A stretch of DNA of 64,000 nucleotides from Rickettsiales bacterium. GTDB taxonomy: Bacteria > Pseudomonadota > Alphaproteobacteria > Rickettsiales > JAIXRX01. Shown piece after piece: positions 37,743 through 46,894 of the stretch. Under the pieces are notes generated by a model, which searched no databases, was not told the origin of the DNA, and saw only the letters and a list, made by a program, of their open reading frames with translations. The stretch lies in assembly GCA_965247145.1 (NCBI GenBank), contig CBDFGH010000003.1, positions 33,085-97,084 on the forward strand. The letters are read 5' to 3'. The position numbers were made by a program, and so were the translations under genes. Numbering within the stretch: position 1 is the stretch's first letter; each line of letters starts with the position of its first letter.

Positions 37743-40598
37743 TTAGGCCGCCACGATGTTGACGATCTTGCCGGGAATGACGATCACTTTGCGGATCGTC
37801 TTCCCTTCCAGATGTTGCAGCACATTCGGCACCGCCATGGCCTGGGCTTCCAGTTCGGGCGGCGCCAGGCCGACCGGCACTTCGATGGTCGCACGCAGCT
37901 TGCCGTTCACCTGCAGGGCGATGGTGGCGGTGTCTTCGACCAGCAGGGCCGGATCGGGCTTCGGCCAGGCGGCATCCGCGATCAGGCCGCTATGGCCCAG
38001 CGCCTCCCAGGCCTCTTCGGCGAAATGCGGCAGGAAGGGCATAAGCAGCCGTACAAGCGTTTCGACCGCTTCGTGACGAATGGCTCGCGCCACGTCGCTC
38101 TCGGCGCTCAGAAGGGGCTCTACGGCGTTCGTCAATTCGCGCAGACGCGCGACCGCTTTGTTGAAACGGAAAGCATCGATGTCTTCGGTGACGCCCTGAA
38201 TGGTTTTGTGGGTGGCGCGGCGAATTTCAAGCAGCGCAGGCGGCAGCTCGGCGGGCAAAGCTTGCAGGCCGTGGTGGGCGGCCAGATCGTCGAGATCGCC
38301 GACCACCAGACGCCAGAGGCGATTCAGATAGCGCCAAGCGCCGTCGATGCCCGCATCGGTCCATTCCAGATCGCGCTCGGGCGGGGAATCGGACAGCATG
38401 AAGAGGCGCGCGGTATCCGCACCGTAGGATTCGATGATGTGGGTGGGATCGACGACATTCTTTTTCGACTTGCTCATCTTCTCGGAGCGGCCAACCCAAA
38501 CTACGCGCCCCGTAAGCCGGTCTATATGAATTTTACCTTGGCTATCGGCGACATTGAGCTTGTCTTTATCAGGTAAGGTGGCAATCGGGATGCCGTTATG
38601 GGAAACCTTCCAACGTTGTTTTACAGCTCCCTCATAGCTTGCATCGGGGGCGATCAAATTGCCGTCTGCAGGATTGATGTGTTCCAAGCCCAATTGCCAA
38701 GGCATGCTCAGTAATTCGTTTTTTGAAAGAATTTTACCTTGGTCGCTAAAGTAAATATTCTCAAACTCCAAATCCTCTGCGCTATCAAAAGTGGTTACAT
38801 TTTCAGGAAACGACCATAGGCCATCCGAGTCCTTATACGTTTCATGGCAGATCATGCCTTGGGTCATGAGGCCGGTGAAGGGTTCCTTCACGCTGAGATG
38901 CCCGGTGGCGTTCAAGGCGCGGGTGAAGAAGCGGGCATAGAGCAGGTGAAGCACGGCATGTTCGACGCCGCCGATATATTGATCGACCGGGAGCCAGTAA
39001 TCACAGGCTTCCTTGTCCAAACCATGTGCGCTGTTGGGCGAGCAGAAGCGGGCGAAGTACCAGCTGGATTCGAAGAAGGTGTCGAAGGTATCCGTCTCGC
39101 GCAGGGCCTTGCCGCCGCAGCCGGGGCAATCAACATGCTTCCAAGTGGGGTGGTGCTCCAGCGGATTGCCGGGTTTGTCGAAAGTCACGTCTTCCGGCAG
39201 GGTGACGGGCAATTGGTCGCGGGGCACGGGCACGGTGCCGCATCCTTCGCAATGGATGATGGGGATCGGGCAGCCCCAGTAGCGCTGGCGGGAAATGCCC
39301 CAGTCGCGCAGGCGGTAGTTGGTCTTGCCTTCGCCCATGCCGCGCGATTGCAATTCGGCGACTACGCGCTGCTTGGCTTCTTCGCTGCTCATCCCGTCGA
39401 GGAAGGCGGAATGGGTGAGCGCGCCGGGGCCGGTACAGGGCAGGGTGTCGTCCTGTCCCGCGGCGGGGGCGATGACGGGGAGGATGGGCAGGGCGTATTT
39501 GGTGGCGAATTCGAAATCGCGCACGTCATGCGCCGGGCAGCCGAAGACCGCGCCGCTGCCATATTCCATCAGCACGAAATTGGCGACATAGACGGGATGG
39601 CTGCGGCCCGGTTCGAAAGGATGGGCGACGCGCAGGCCGGTATCGTAGCCGCGTTTTTCTGCGGTTTCAATGGCTTCTTCCGAGGTGCCCGTGCGGTCGC
39701 ATTCGGCGATGAAAGTCGCAAGTCGCAAGTCGCAAGTCGCAAGGGACTTGGCCAGCGGGTGGTGCGGGGCGATGGCGAGGAAGCTCATGCCGAAGATGGT
39801 ATCGGGCCGGGTCGTATAGACTTCGATCTCTCTGGGCAATTCCCCTTGCGACTTGCGACTTGCGACTTGCGACTGATCGAGTGCAAAACGAATCGTCGCG
39901 CCCGTCGATTTGCCGATCCAGCGCTCCTGCATGGTGCGGACCTTTTCGGGCCAGTCGGGCAGGGATTTGAGGGCTTCGAGCAGCTCTTCGGCATAGGCGG
40001 TGATGCGCAGCGACCATTGGGAAAGCTTGCGGCGTTCGACCAGCGCCCCGCTGCGCCAGCCGCGGCCGTCGATCACCTGTTCGTTGGCGAGCACGGTGTG
40101 GTCGATGGGGTCCCAGTTGACGAAGGCTTCGCGGCGGTAGGCCAGGCCTTTGTCGAGCATGTCGAGGAAGAAGGCCTGTTCGTGCCGATAATAATCCGCG
40201 TCGCAGGTCGCGAATTCGCGGTTCCAGTCGTAGGAGAGCCCGATGCTTTTGAGCTGTTCGCGCATGCTGGCGATGTTTTTGCGGGTCCAGGCGCCGGGGT
40301 GGGTGTGGTTCTGGATGGCGGCGTTCTCGGCGGGCAGGCCGAAGGCGTCCCAGCCGATCGGGTGCAATACGTTATAACCCTGGGCGCGGCGCGCGCGGGC
40401 CACTACATCGCCCAACGTATAGTTCCGCACATGGCCCATATGGATGTTACCCGAAGGGTAGGGGAACATTTCCAGCACGTAATATTTCGGGCGCGCGGGG
40501 TCGATCTCGGCGGTGAAGGTGCCGCGCTCGGCCCAGGCCTTCTGCCATTTGGCTTCGGCCTCGCGGAAAGGATAGCGGCTGGGGCGGGGGTCGGACAT
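37743..40598 (-). CDS. leuS: leucine--tRNA ligase
   Basis: 951 aa from [11 protein letters not shown]. The HMGH, TTRPDT and KMSKS motifs are present. The listed ORF extends 24 codons upstream through a palindromic element. Confidence 0.95.
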   Translation of the reverse strand: MSDPRPSRYPFREAEAKWQKAWAERGTFTAEIDPARPKYYVLEMFPYPSGNIHMGHVRNYTLGDVVARARRAQGYNVLHPIGWDAFGLPAENAAIQNHTHPGAWTRKNIASMREQLKSIGLSYDWNREFATCDADYYRHEQAFFLDMLDKGLAYRREAFVNWDPIDHTVLANEQVIDGRGWRSGALVERRKLSQWSLRITAYAEELLEALKSLPDWPEKVRTMQERWIGKSTGATIRFALDQSQVASRKSQGELPREIEVYTTRPDTIFGMSFLAIAPHHPLAKSLATCDLRLATFIAECDRTGTSEEAIETAEKRGYDTGLRVAHPFEPGRSHPVYVANFVLMEYGSGAVFGCPAHDVRDFEFATKYALPILPVIAPAAGQDDTLPCTGPGALTHSAFLDGMSSEEAKQRVVAELQSRGMGEGKTNYRLRDWGISRQRYWGCPIPIIHCEGCGTVPVPRDQLPVTLPEDVTFDKPGNPLEHHPTWKHVDCPGCGGKALRETDTFDTFFESSWYFARFCSPNSAHGLDKEACDYWLPVDQYIGGVEHAVLHLLYARFFTRALNATGHLSVKEPFTGLMTQGMICHETYKDSDGLWSFPENVTTFDSAEDLEFENIYFSDQGKILSKNELLSMPWQLGLEHINPADGNLIAPDASYEGAVKQRWKVSHNGIPIATLPDKDKLNVADSQGKIHIDRLTGRVVWVGRSEKMSKSKKNVVDPTHIIESYGADTARLFMLSDSPPERDLEWTDAGIDGAWRYLNRLWRLVVGDLDDLAAHHGLQALPAELPPALLEIRRATHKTIQGVTEDIDAFRFNKAVARLRELTNAVEPLLSAESDVARAIRHEAVETLVRLLMPFLPHFAEEAWEALGHSGLIADAAWPKPDPALLVEDTATIALQVNGKLRATIEVPVGLAPPELEAQAMAVPNVLQHLEGKTIRKVIVIPGKIVNIVAA
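39714..39745. repeat. heptamer array (AGTCGCA)x4 + AGGG, arm A of a 32-bp perfect inverted repeat
   Basis: Read directly from the sequence. It lies inside leuS and is translated as [13 protein letters not shown]. Confidence 0.95.
39843..39874. repeat. CCCT + (TGCGACT)x4, arm B (exact reverse complement of arm A)
   Basis: Read directly from the sequence, 97 nt from arm A. It lies inside leuS and is translated as [13 protein letters not shown]. Confidence 0.95.
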
Positions 40599-40615
40599 TC
40601 GGAATACCTTTACTT

Positions 40616-40685
40616 CACACTCCGCACCCGATGCGGAGTGCTGACGAAACGCCGAAACGGCATTCCGCATTCAGTGCGGAATGTG
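40616..40685. repeat. double-hairpin palindromic element (REP/RPE-like), copy 2, leuS leader
   Basis: The element reads CACACTCCGCA-CCCGA-TGCGGAGTGCTGA...CATTCCGCA-TTCAG-TGCGGAATGTG. It shares its first 29 nt (apart from the 5-nt loop) and its architecture with 26978-27048. Confidence 0.8.
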
Positions 40686-40692
40686 AAAGACC

Positions 40693-41214
40693 TTATTTGC
40701 TTTCGTTCGATTGCACCTTGAGCTGGCGGGCGCGGGTGAGGATGGCGTCTTCCATGTCGCGCTCCAGGCCGGGAGCCACGGCACGATCGGCCCAGGCACC
40801 ATTCGCACCTTTGGCCTGCTTGAAGATTTTCACCTTGATGCCGTCCGCACGCAATTCGCTGCCGAGGATCAGGGCGTTCACCTTGAAGCGCTCGCCGGGG
40901 GCTTTGGGGTCTTCATACCAATCGGTGATCACCGTACCGCCGAAAGGATCCGCTGCCGTCAGCGGCAGGAAGGAGAGGGTGTCGAGTGTCGCGCGCCACA
41001 GGAAGGCATTGACGCCGATCAGCCCGCCGCCTTTGGTTTTGCTGCTGTCGCCCCCGAACAGCGAAAATCCGCCGCCTTCGCCGGTGAGCTTGCCACGCGG
41101 CGCGCTGCGCTTGTCTTTGTCGGACATGGGAAAAGCTTGCTCGGGTTTGCTGTCGCAAGCGGAAACCGTCAAAGCGATGAGCGAGAGAGTGGCCAAGGAA
41201 AGGCGAAGCGACAT
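40693..41214 (-). CDS. DUF3576 domain lipoprotein
   Basis: The ORF runs from MSLRLSLATLSLIALTVSAC (lipobox). GVNAFLWRATLDTLSFLPL..DPFGGTVITDWY is the DUF3576 signature. Confidence 0.7.
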   Translation of the reverse strand: MSLRLSLATLSLIALTVSACDSKPEQAFPMSDKDKRSAPRGKLTGEGGGFSLFGGDSSKTKGGGLIGVNAFLWRATLDTLSFLPLTAADPFGGTVITDWYEDPKAPGERFKVNALILGSELRADGIKVKIFKQAKGANGAWADRAVAPGLERDMEDAILTRARQLKVQSNESK

Positions 41215-41383
41215 GCACGGCTCCGAAAGAATCAATGAGTCTTGTGGGACCCTGGTTCGATGAGTGCGGGAGTCAGTCGCAACGGGCAAGAACCGAAGCG
41301 GAGCGTGCGTCCGTACGTGAGGCGGGGGGCCGCCCCCATCGAAAGCGCAGTCCGATGCGGCTGAATGCCGTGCTCAACGAAGC

Positions 41384-41419
41384 AGAGAAGGGTGGCGCTT
41401 TATAGCGCCACCCTTCTCT
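41384..41419 (-). terminator. 16-bp perfect hairpin downstream of the porin gene
   Basis: The hairpin is AGAGAAGGGTGGCGCT-TTAT-AGCGCCACCCTTCTCT. The flanking U-tract is weak on both strands. Confidence 0.5.
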
Positions 41420-41444
41420 TTAGGCAAGTCTGGTTCGTAACTGA

Positions 41445-42557
41445 CTAGAAGGCCAGTTGGGTACCGACGATACCAACCACGCCGCTGTTGTCAGCTTCCG
41501 TGAAGTTGGCTTTGCCGTTGAACCAGGACACTTCGACGTAGGGGGTCAGGCCGGGGGCCAGTGCGTAATCTACGCCACCTACGAGGTTGTGGAAGTTGTT
41601 GTTCGCGCCACCCGGCAGGTCGAACGAGCTGTCGAGCCAGGTTACGCTTGCACCGAAGGGACCGAAGTCATAGGCGGCGCCCAAGGTGTAGTAGTCAGCG
41701 CTGGTGCCAGCGCCGTAGGCGTTGTCCAGATCACCATACGAACCGGCAAAGTTGATACCGAAAGCGGTAACAACGGCACCGAGGTTGTATGCGTCGTAGG
41801 TCTGGGTGCCTTGGATGGCGTTCCCGTTGCCACGCTCATACGCGCCCGAAGCTTTCAGGCCGATGTTGTTGAATTGGCCTTCGTAGCCAACCGAAGCGTC
41901 CATCACGTTGCCGAACTTGTTCAGCGAACGAACGCGGTTGACGGCGTTGCCACGGCTGTCGCTGTTCGGAGCATAGCTCAGACCCAGTTGGAAGCCGGAG
42001 AAACGGGGGGAGTAGTAGTTCAACTTGGCGGCGTTCTGCGTCGTGTCATCACCACCGATGTCGGTGATGTTGCCTTGGTAGCTCGGCAGAGCGGCGCGGC
42101 TGATGAAGCGGGCGCCGGATTGGGAAGCGAATCGATCCCAGTCACCGTTTACGCCACCGGTCGCGCGAGCGATGGTAGCGGCGTCGACTTGCATGGTTTG
42201 CGCGGAGCCTTCGACCGAACCCATTTCAACGCGGCCGAACGAGCCATCGGTGAAGAGGTAGGTACGGGCAGCGTTGGTGCCTTGACGGTCGGCGTCACCG
42301 TTGATGTCGCCTTCGAGATCGACAACCGCACCGTAGCCGAGGCCTTGGTCGGACTTGCCTTCAACCGAGATGTTGATCTCGGTGTCGTTGCGGAACGCAA
42401 TGCGGCGCTCGCTGCCTGCGATGGCATCGCCATTGCCGTAACCGGCTTGGAAGTCGATGACACCACCGACCATTACCTTCGGATCTTCAGCCAGAGCGGC
42501 GCCCGCGAGCAGGGCCACGCCAACCAGGGCCGAGGTACCCAGGAAGATGTTTTTCAT
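41445..42557 (-). CDS. outer-membrane porin
   Basis: 370 aa with a signal peptide ending AALA-EDP, an alternating beta-strand pattern rich in G/Y/N, and a C-terminal ..GTQLAF. Confidence 0.7.
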   Translation of the reverse strand: MKNIFLGTSALVGVALLAGAALAEDPKVMVGGVIDFQAGYGNGDAIAGSERRIAFRNDTEINISVEGKSDQGLGYGAVVDLEGDINGDADRQGTNAARTYLFTDGSFGRVEMGSVEGSAQTMQVDAATIARATGGVNGDWDRFASQSGARFISRAALPSYQGNITDIGGDDTTQNAAKLNYYSPRFSGFQLGLSYAPNSDSRGNAVNRVRSLNKFGNVMDASVGYEGQFNNIGLKASGAYERGNGNAIQGTQTYDAYNLGAVVTAFGINFAGSYGDLDNAYGAGTSADYYTLGAAYDFGPFGASVTWLDSSFDLPGGANNNFHNLVGGVDYALAPGLTPYVEVSWFNGKANFTEADNSGVVGIVGTQLAF

Positions 42558-42818
42558 AAGTCCAGTTTCCTTATTGTTTAATACTGATTTGACCGTTCAG
42601 GTGCAAAACGCGTTTCACGTTTATCCCGCTTTGCGAAACCTGAGACGTCTGTATAATGGCCCCCAGGCCCCCGCAACCCTTAGCCGCATAAATGCCCGCT
42701 TTCGGCCCCTGCTTTTGCCCCCCTTGTTGCGACTTTGCCACAGCGCACTTTTCTAAGTCCTTGTTATCTCGTTACGTCACCCGCAGAATTTAAGACATTG
42801 TTGAGGAATTCCGCTCCG

Positions 42819-43505
42819 GTGCACAGCCCACAAAATATTCTTTCCGGTCTTCGGGCACGCATGGCCGCTGCCCAAGACGCCGCCCGGTTATCCACAACCC
42901 GGCCGCTGCTGGTCGGCGCCAGCAAAGGTCAGGCTGTCGAAGACATCGCCGCTTTTCTGGAAGCGGGGCTTACTTTGGCGGGCGAGAATCGGGTGCAGGA
43001 AGCAGAAGCCAAATGGGGGGGGCCACAAGGTTTGAAACAGCGCTATCCCAATGTGGGCCTGCATCTGATCGGGCCGCTGCAAAGCAATAAGGCGGAAACC
43101 GCAGTGCGATTGTTCGATGTGATCGAAACATTGGATCGTCCCAAACTGGCGGACGCATTGGCCGAGGCGATGGCCAGGCAAGGCCGGCGCGTGCCTTGTT
43201 TGATTCAGGTCAATACCGGCGAAGAGCCACAGAAATCAGGGGTGCTGCCGCACGCGCTGGAAGCGCTCCTGCGCCATGCCCGCGAGCATGCGGGATTGGA
43301 AATCATCGGCCTGATGGCCGTCCCGCCGGAAGGCGTGGCCCCGGCGCCGCATTTCGCTTTTCTGCGGGAACGGGCGCGGGCTCTGGGTCTGCCGCATCTC
43401 AGTATGGGCATGAGCGGCGATTTCGAGCGCGCCATCGCCTTCGGGGCAACGCATGTGCGGGTAGGCAGTGCGCTGTTCGGGGCGCGCATGTCGGAAACCG
43501 CTTAG
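42819..43505 (+). CDS. yggS: PLP-binding homeostasis protein YggS family
   Basis: Motifs VGASKGQ, GENRVQEAEAKW, HLIGPLQSNK and LSMGMSGDFERAI..GATHVRVGSALFG are present. The start is uncertain; GTG at 42819 was chosen. Confidence 0.8.
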   Translation: MHSPQNILSGLRARMAAAQDAARLSTTRPLLVGASKGQAVEDIAAFLEAGLTLAGENRVQEAEAKWGGPQGLKQRYPNVGLHLIGPLQSNKAETAVRLFDVIETLDRPKLADALAEAMARQGRRVPCLIQVNTGEEPQKSGVLPHALEALLRHAREHAGLEIIGLMAVPPEGVAPAPHFAFLRERARALGLPHLSMGMSGDFERAIAFGATHVRVGSALFGARMSETA

Positions 43506-44224
43506 ATTTTTGCGCCGATCTTGGTTTGCGTGACCTGCAGATTTTGTCCGTTGCCTGTCACGGTGACGGTGGGCGCGAGGCCCGTCAGGCCGTTGCCTTC
43601 CTGCTTGTAGCGAACATTGTTGCCACTGCCGGTGACGAGCAGCGCCAAATCGTTGGCATCGCCATTTTGCGTTAGATCGAGATTGTTTCCGTTGCCTTGC
43701 GTTTCCGCGCTTAGATTATTGCCCGCGCCATTCTGCCGCATCTGTACATTGTTGTCGGAACCATGCAGCGTGCCGCGGATGCGGTTGCCGTTGCCCGCCT
43801 GCGCGGCCAATAAAAAGTTGCTGTCGCCGTAAGCCCGCAATTCCGCGCTGTTGCCTGCGCCGTGCTGCCGTACCTGGAGAACGTTTCCGTTGCCTTGGGC
43901 CTCGAGCGTCGCATGATTGCCGCTGCCCGATTGCTCGACTTCGGCATGATTGCCGATGCCTGCCGCGGTCATTTCCAGACTGTTTCCCCAGCCGTCCTGC
44001 CGCGCGTTCAAATCATTGCCGAAACCATGCAGCGTAAGGGTAAGCGCGTGGCCGTTGCCGGATTGAGCGAGCCATACGCGGTTTCCCGCGCCTTGCAATT
44101 CTGCCTGCGCAACGCCCGCGGCATGCAGCTCGGCATGGTTGTCGTTTCCCGTTAATCGCACCTCTTGGGATTCCGCCCAGGCAGCGGTGGGAAGTGCGAG
44201 CAGTACGAACAATATTTTTTTCAT
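43502..44224 (-). CDS. secreted curlin-repeat protein (C1, 240 aa)
   Basis: The signal peptide is MKKILFVLLALPTAAWA. The body consists of ~22-aa Q-x-G-x-G-N-x-A repeats (e.g. SGNHATLEAQGNGNVLQVRQHGAGNSAELRAYGDSN). It is a paralogue of C3. Confidence 0.75.
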   Translation of the reverse strand: MKKILFVLLALPTAAWAESQEVRLTGNDNHAELHAAGVAQAELQGAGNRVWLAQSGNGHALTLTLHGFGNDLNARQDGWGNSLEMTAAGIGNHAEVEQSGSGNHATLEAQGNGNVLQVRQHGAGNSAELRAYGDSNFLLAAQAGNGNRIRGTLHGSDNNVQMRQNGAGNNLSAETQGNGNNLDLTQNGDANDLALLVTGSGNNVRYKQEGNGLTGLAPTVTVTGNGQNLQVTQTKIGAKI

Positions 44225-44398
44225 CGGTTTGGCCAGTCGAAGGGATGAAGGCGGGTCTAGCATGAAGCACCGGCGGCGCGGCGTTGCGGCATGGCCCTAT
44301 ATCGGTACAATGGCGTTGGTGTGTCTGACCCGAATATTTTCGTATGTCGGGTCGCGCATCGGTGGGAAGCGCTCCGGTGGGAGCGCCTCCCAAGGCGT

Positions 44399-45508
44399 TT
44401 AGCGGGCAGTGATGCTGTTGCCCGTACCAGCCATTTTGTAGGTGGCCGACATGTTGGAGCCGGAGAGATTGACGTCCAAATTGTTTGCGCTGCCCACAAT
44501 GCCCGCATTGACGGTTTGGTTGCTGACGTTGTTCTGGGTAACAAGCAGCATATTTTCGTTGGAACTGATTGTACCTGTGCAGGCCATGCAGCCATCGCCC
44601 TTGCCGCCGATATTGGCATTGATCACTTTGCCGCCACCTTCACCGCTTTGCGTCAGCTTGGCCGTGTTGCGGTCGCCGTAAACGCTGAGATTCGCCGTGG
44701 CCGCTTCCCCGCTTTGATCGATGACCAGGCGGTTGTAGGAACCGACAGTATCTAGCGTGGCGACATGCATGTCGCCTACCTGGGAAATGCGGGCATCGGT
44801 CCCCGTGCCCCTGCCCAAGGTGGCCCGGGTGAAGTTGCGGTCGCCTTTTTGCGACACCGTTAGCCCTTCCCAACGCTCGCCCCGGTCGTTTTCGTTGCGG
44901 AGCTCGGCATGGTTGTAATTCCCGGTCTGCGCGGCGGCGATCAATGTGTTGTTTTTGAGTTGCGTCGTCTCCAGAGAGTTGCTGCTGCCCTCTTGTCCCA
45001 CGGCCAGATATTGATTGCTGCCTTGCTGATCGACATTCAACTTATTGTTTTGGCCGTTTTGGAATTCGTTTCCACCGTCGGAGGCTTCCGGATTGGCATT
45101 GAGCATGCCATGGATGGTGCTGTTGGTCCCTGTCTGGTTGATCAACGCGTCGTTGTTGGTCCCTTTCTGGCCACCGCGAACGAAGTTGCCGTCGCCGTAG
45201 CTATGCAGGCTGGCGGTGTTGCCCGTGCCGCCTTGAGTAAAGCTGTAATCACCATTACTACCCTGGATATTCGCGCCCAGCGCGTTGCGTTCGCCGACTT
45301 GTTGAACATACAATTTCGTATTCCGGGTAGCGAGAGACGATCCCAGATCGACCTGCAGACTGTTATCCTTACCCACGATCTTGTGATCGACGGTGGAATC
45401 GTGGGCCTGATCGCCAATTGTGATATTAACGTCGTCGGCCAGGGCGCCGGTGGCGGCGAGCAATACGGTGAGGGAAGTGGTCAATAGTGCCATGCGGATA
45501 TTTTTCAT
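44399..45508 (-). CDS. secreted curlin-like repeat protein (C2, 369 aa)
   Basis: The signal peptide ends ALA-DD. It has degenerate Q/N/G-rich repeats (QQVGERNALGANIQGSNGD, QGGTGNTASLHSYGDGN, QQGSNQYLAVGQEGSSNS). Confidence 0.65.
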   Translation of the reverse strand: MKNIRMALLTTSLTVLLAATGALADDVNITIGDQAHDSTVDHKIVGKDNSLQVDLGSSLATRNTKLYVQQVGERNALGANIQGSNGDYSFTQGGTGNTASLHSYGDGNFVRGGQKGTNNDALINQTGTNSTIHGMLNANPEASDGGNEFQNGQNNKLNVDQQGSNQYLAVGQEGSSNSLETTQLKNNTLIAAAQTGNYNHAELRNENDRGERWEGLTVSQKGDRNFTRATLGRGTGTDARISQVGDMHVATLDTVGSYNRLVIDQSGEAATANLSVYGDRNTAKLTQSGEGGGKVINANIGGKGDGCMACTGTISSNENMLLVTQNNVSNQTVNAGIVGSANNLDVNLSGSNMSATYKMAGTGNSITAR

Positions 45509-45540
45509 TGTCTTACTCTCCAAGGTTTTTTGATTTTTGA

Positions 45541-45554
45541 ACCAGTGGTCTGGT
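45541..45554. promoter_or_regulatory. palindrome ACCAG-N4-CTGGT in the C2 leader
   Basis: It lies 33 nt upstream of the C2 ATG and just downstream of the predicted -10. The same motif is found upstream of C4. Confidence 0.5.
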
Positions 45555-45561
45555 AAACAAA

Positions 45562-45590
45562 TATTTACTATTCTTGTGGGTTGGAGTCAA
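45562..45590 (-). promoter_or_regulatory. sigma70-like promoter of the C2-C1 module
   Basis: The minus strand reads TTGACT - 17 nt - TAAATA. Confidence 0.5.
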
Positions 45591-45696
45591 ATGAAGATGG
45601 CTGTAATATAGAATATTCTCTTTTATTTCATCATTTCGACGTAAATAATTAACAACACCGTAACAAAAAGGGCGGAGGCGTGTTTACGCTTTTTTC

Positions 45697-45726
45697 GCTA
45701 AAAAGCCCCACCAGAGCGGGGCTTTC
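45697..45726 (-). terminator. rho-independent terminator after C3
   Basis: The minus strand reads AAAGCCCC-GCTCTGGT-GGGGCTTT followed by TTAG, an 8-bp stem with a U-run. Confidence 0.7.
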
Positions 45727-45798
45727 GTTTTCTATGGATCGGATTCAAGCCGGCGTAAGCGGGCATGTATCTGAATCGGCCCATGGATTGCTTTTGGG

Positions 45799-46809
45799 CT
45801 AGCTTTTGGTCGCGAGCTTTGTTTGGGTGATCTGCAAATTCTGTCCGTTACCACTCACGGTGACCAACGGGGTCGGGCCGCTTAAGTGATCACCCTCCTG
45901 GCGATATTGTACGTGATTACCGCTTCCCGTAACCAACAATGCCAAGGTATTGGCGTCCCCGCTTTGGCCCATATCCAGGCCGTTGCCATCCCCTCGAATC
46001 TCAGTTTCCAGATAATTTTTTTCGCCGCTCTGGTTCATCCCCAAGTTGTTTCCCGAGCCATACACACGCCCGCTCAAACGATTGCTGTTTCCCGCCTGAG
46101 AGGCAGTGAGCCGATTTCCGTTGCCATATGCCAGGAGCTCTGCGTTGTTGCCGCTGCCTTGTTGCCGAAGCGACAATGCATTGTCATTTCCGCGCATTTC
46201 GAGTGTGGTATGATTGCCGACGCCGGATTGATGCACATCGGCACCGTTCCCAATGCCGACCGCACTTAATTCCAGACTGTGGCCCGATCCGTCCTGGCGC
46301 GCATTGAGATCGTTGCGCGTCCCTTGGGCCGTCATCGTCAGCGCGTTCCCTGAACCCGTCTGGTTCACCGGCGCACGGTTTCCTGCTCCGCTCAACTCGA
46401 CGCGGGCGGTAAGATTGGACCCGGTTTGGCGAAGCGGCGCCTCCTGACGACTTCCACTGGCAAGCATGTCGGCCCGGTTTGTGTCGCCATATTGATCTAG
46501 CGTCATGACATGGTCTGTGCCTTGGATCGTGGCATTGACGAGATTGTTCGAGCCGTTTTGCATCAGCCCCGTACTGTGCCCGATACCCGAAAGCGCAATG
46601 ACGGCTGCGTTGCGGTTTCCGTTCTGGGTCAGGGGAAACTGGTAGTCATTCCCCTGCAAATGCAGGCGCAGGCTGTTTTCGATGCCCTTCTGGGTCACGG
46701 GAAGGCGATTGTTATTGCCGGTTGCGGAGAGCAATACATCGTTGGCCTGGGCCGCGAAGGGGCCGAATGTAAGCATGGCAGCGCAGAAAAACGCATGGTT
46801 GCGACGCAT
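45799..46809 (-). CDS. secreted curlin-repeat protein (C3, 336 aa)
   Basis: The signal peptide ends AQA-ND. Repeats include QTGSGNALTMTAQGTRNDLNARQDGSGHSLE. The C-terminal ~200 aa align with C1, including the ending VTVSGNGQNLQITQTK. Confidence 0.75.
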   Translation of the reverse strand: MRRNHAFFCAAMLTFGPFAAQANDVLLSATGNNNRLPVTQKGIENSLRLHLQGNDYQFPLTQNGNRNAAVIALSGIGHSTGLMQNGSNNLVNATIQGTDHVMTLDQYGDTNRADMLASGSRQEAPLRQTGSNLTARVELSGAGNRAPVNQTGSGNALTMTAQGTRNDLNARQDGSGHSLELSAVGIGNGADVHQSGVGNHTTLEMRGNDNALSLRQQGSGNNAELLAYGNGNRLTASQAGNSNRLSGRVYGSGNNLGMNQSGEKNYLETEIRGDGNGLDMGQSGDANTLALLVTGSGNHVQYRQEGDHLSGPTPLVTVSGNGQNLQITQTKLATKS

Positions 46810-46894
46810 AGGCCACCTCCAGAAAACTCGATACGCGAATACGAAGAATCTTCTCCGGGCGGTGGGAACTTCCCACTGCCCGGAGAAGCCGATG

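Noticed and set aside
38844-42581. Plus-strand ORFs 38844..40721 (625 aa), 37146..38576 (476 aa) and 41457..42581 (374 aa)
   Set aside because: They are antisense to leuS, lptE and the porin, which have unambiguous signatures. These are shadow ORFs.
42610-42625. Third parS candidate (GCGTTTCACGTTTATC) upstream of the porin gene
   Set aside because: Only one half-site matches the palindromic consensus.
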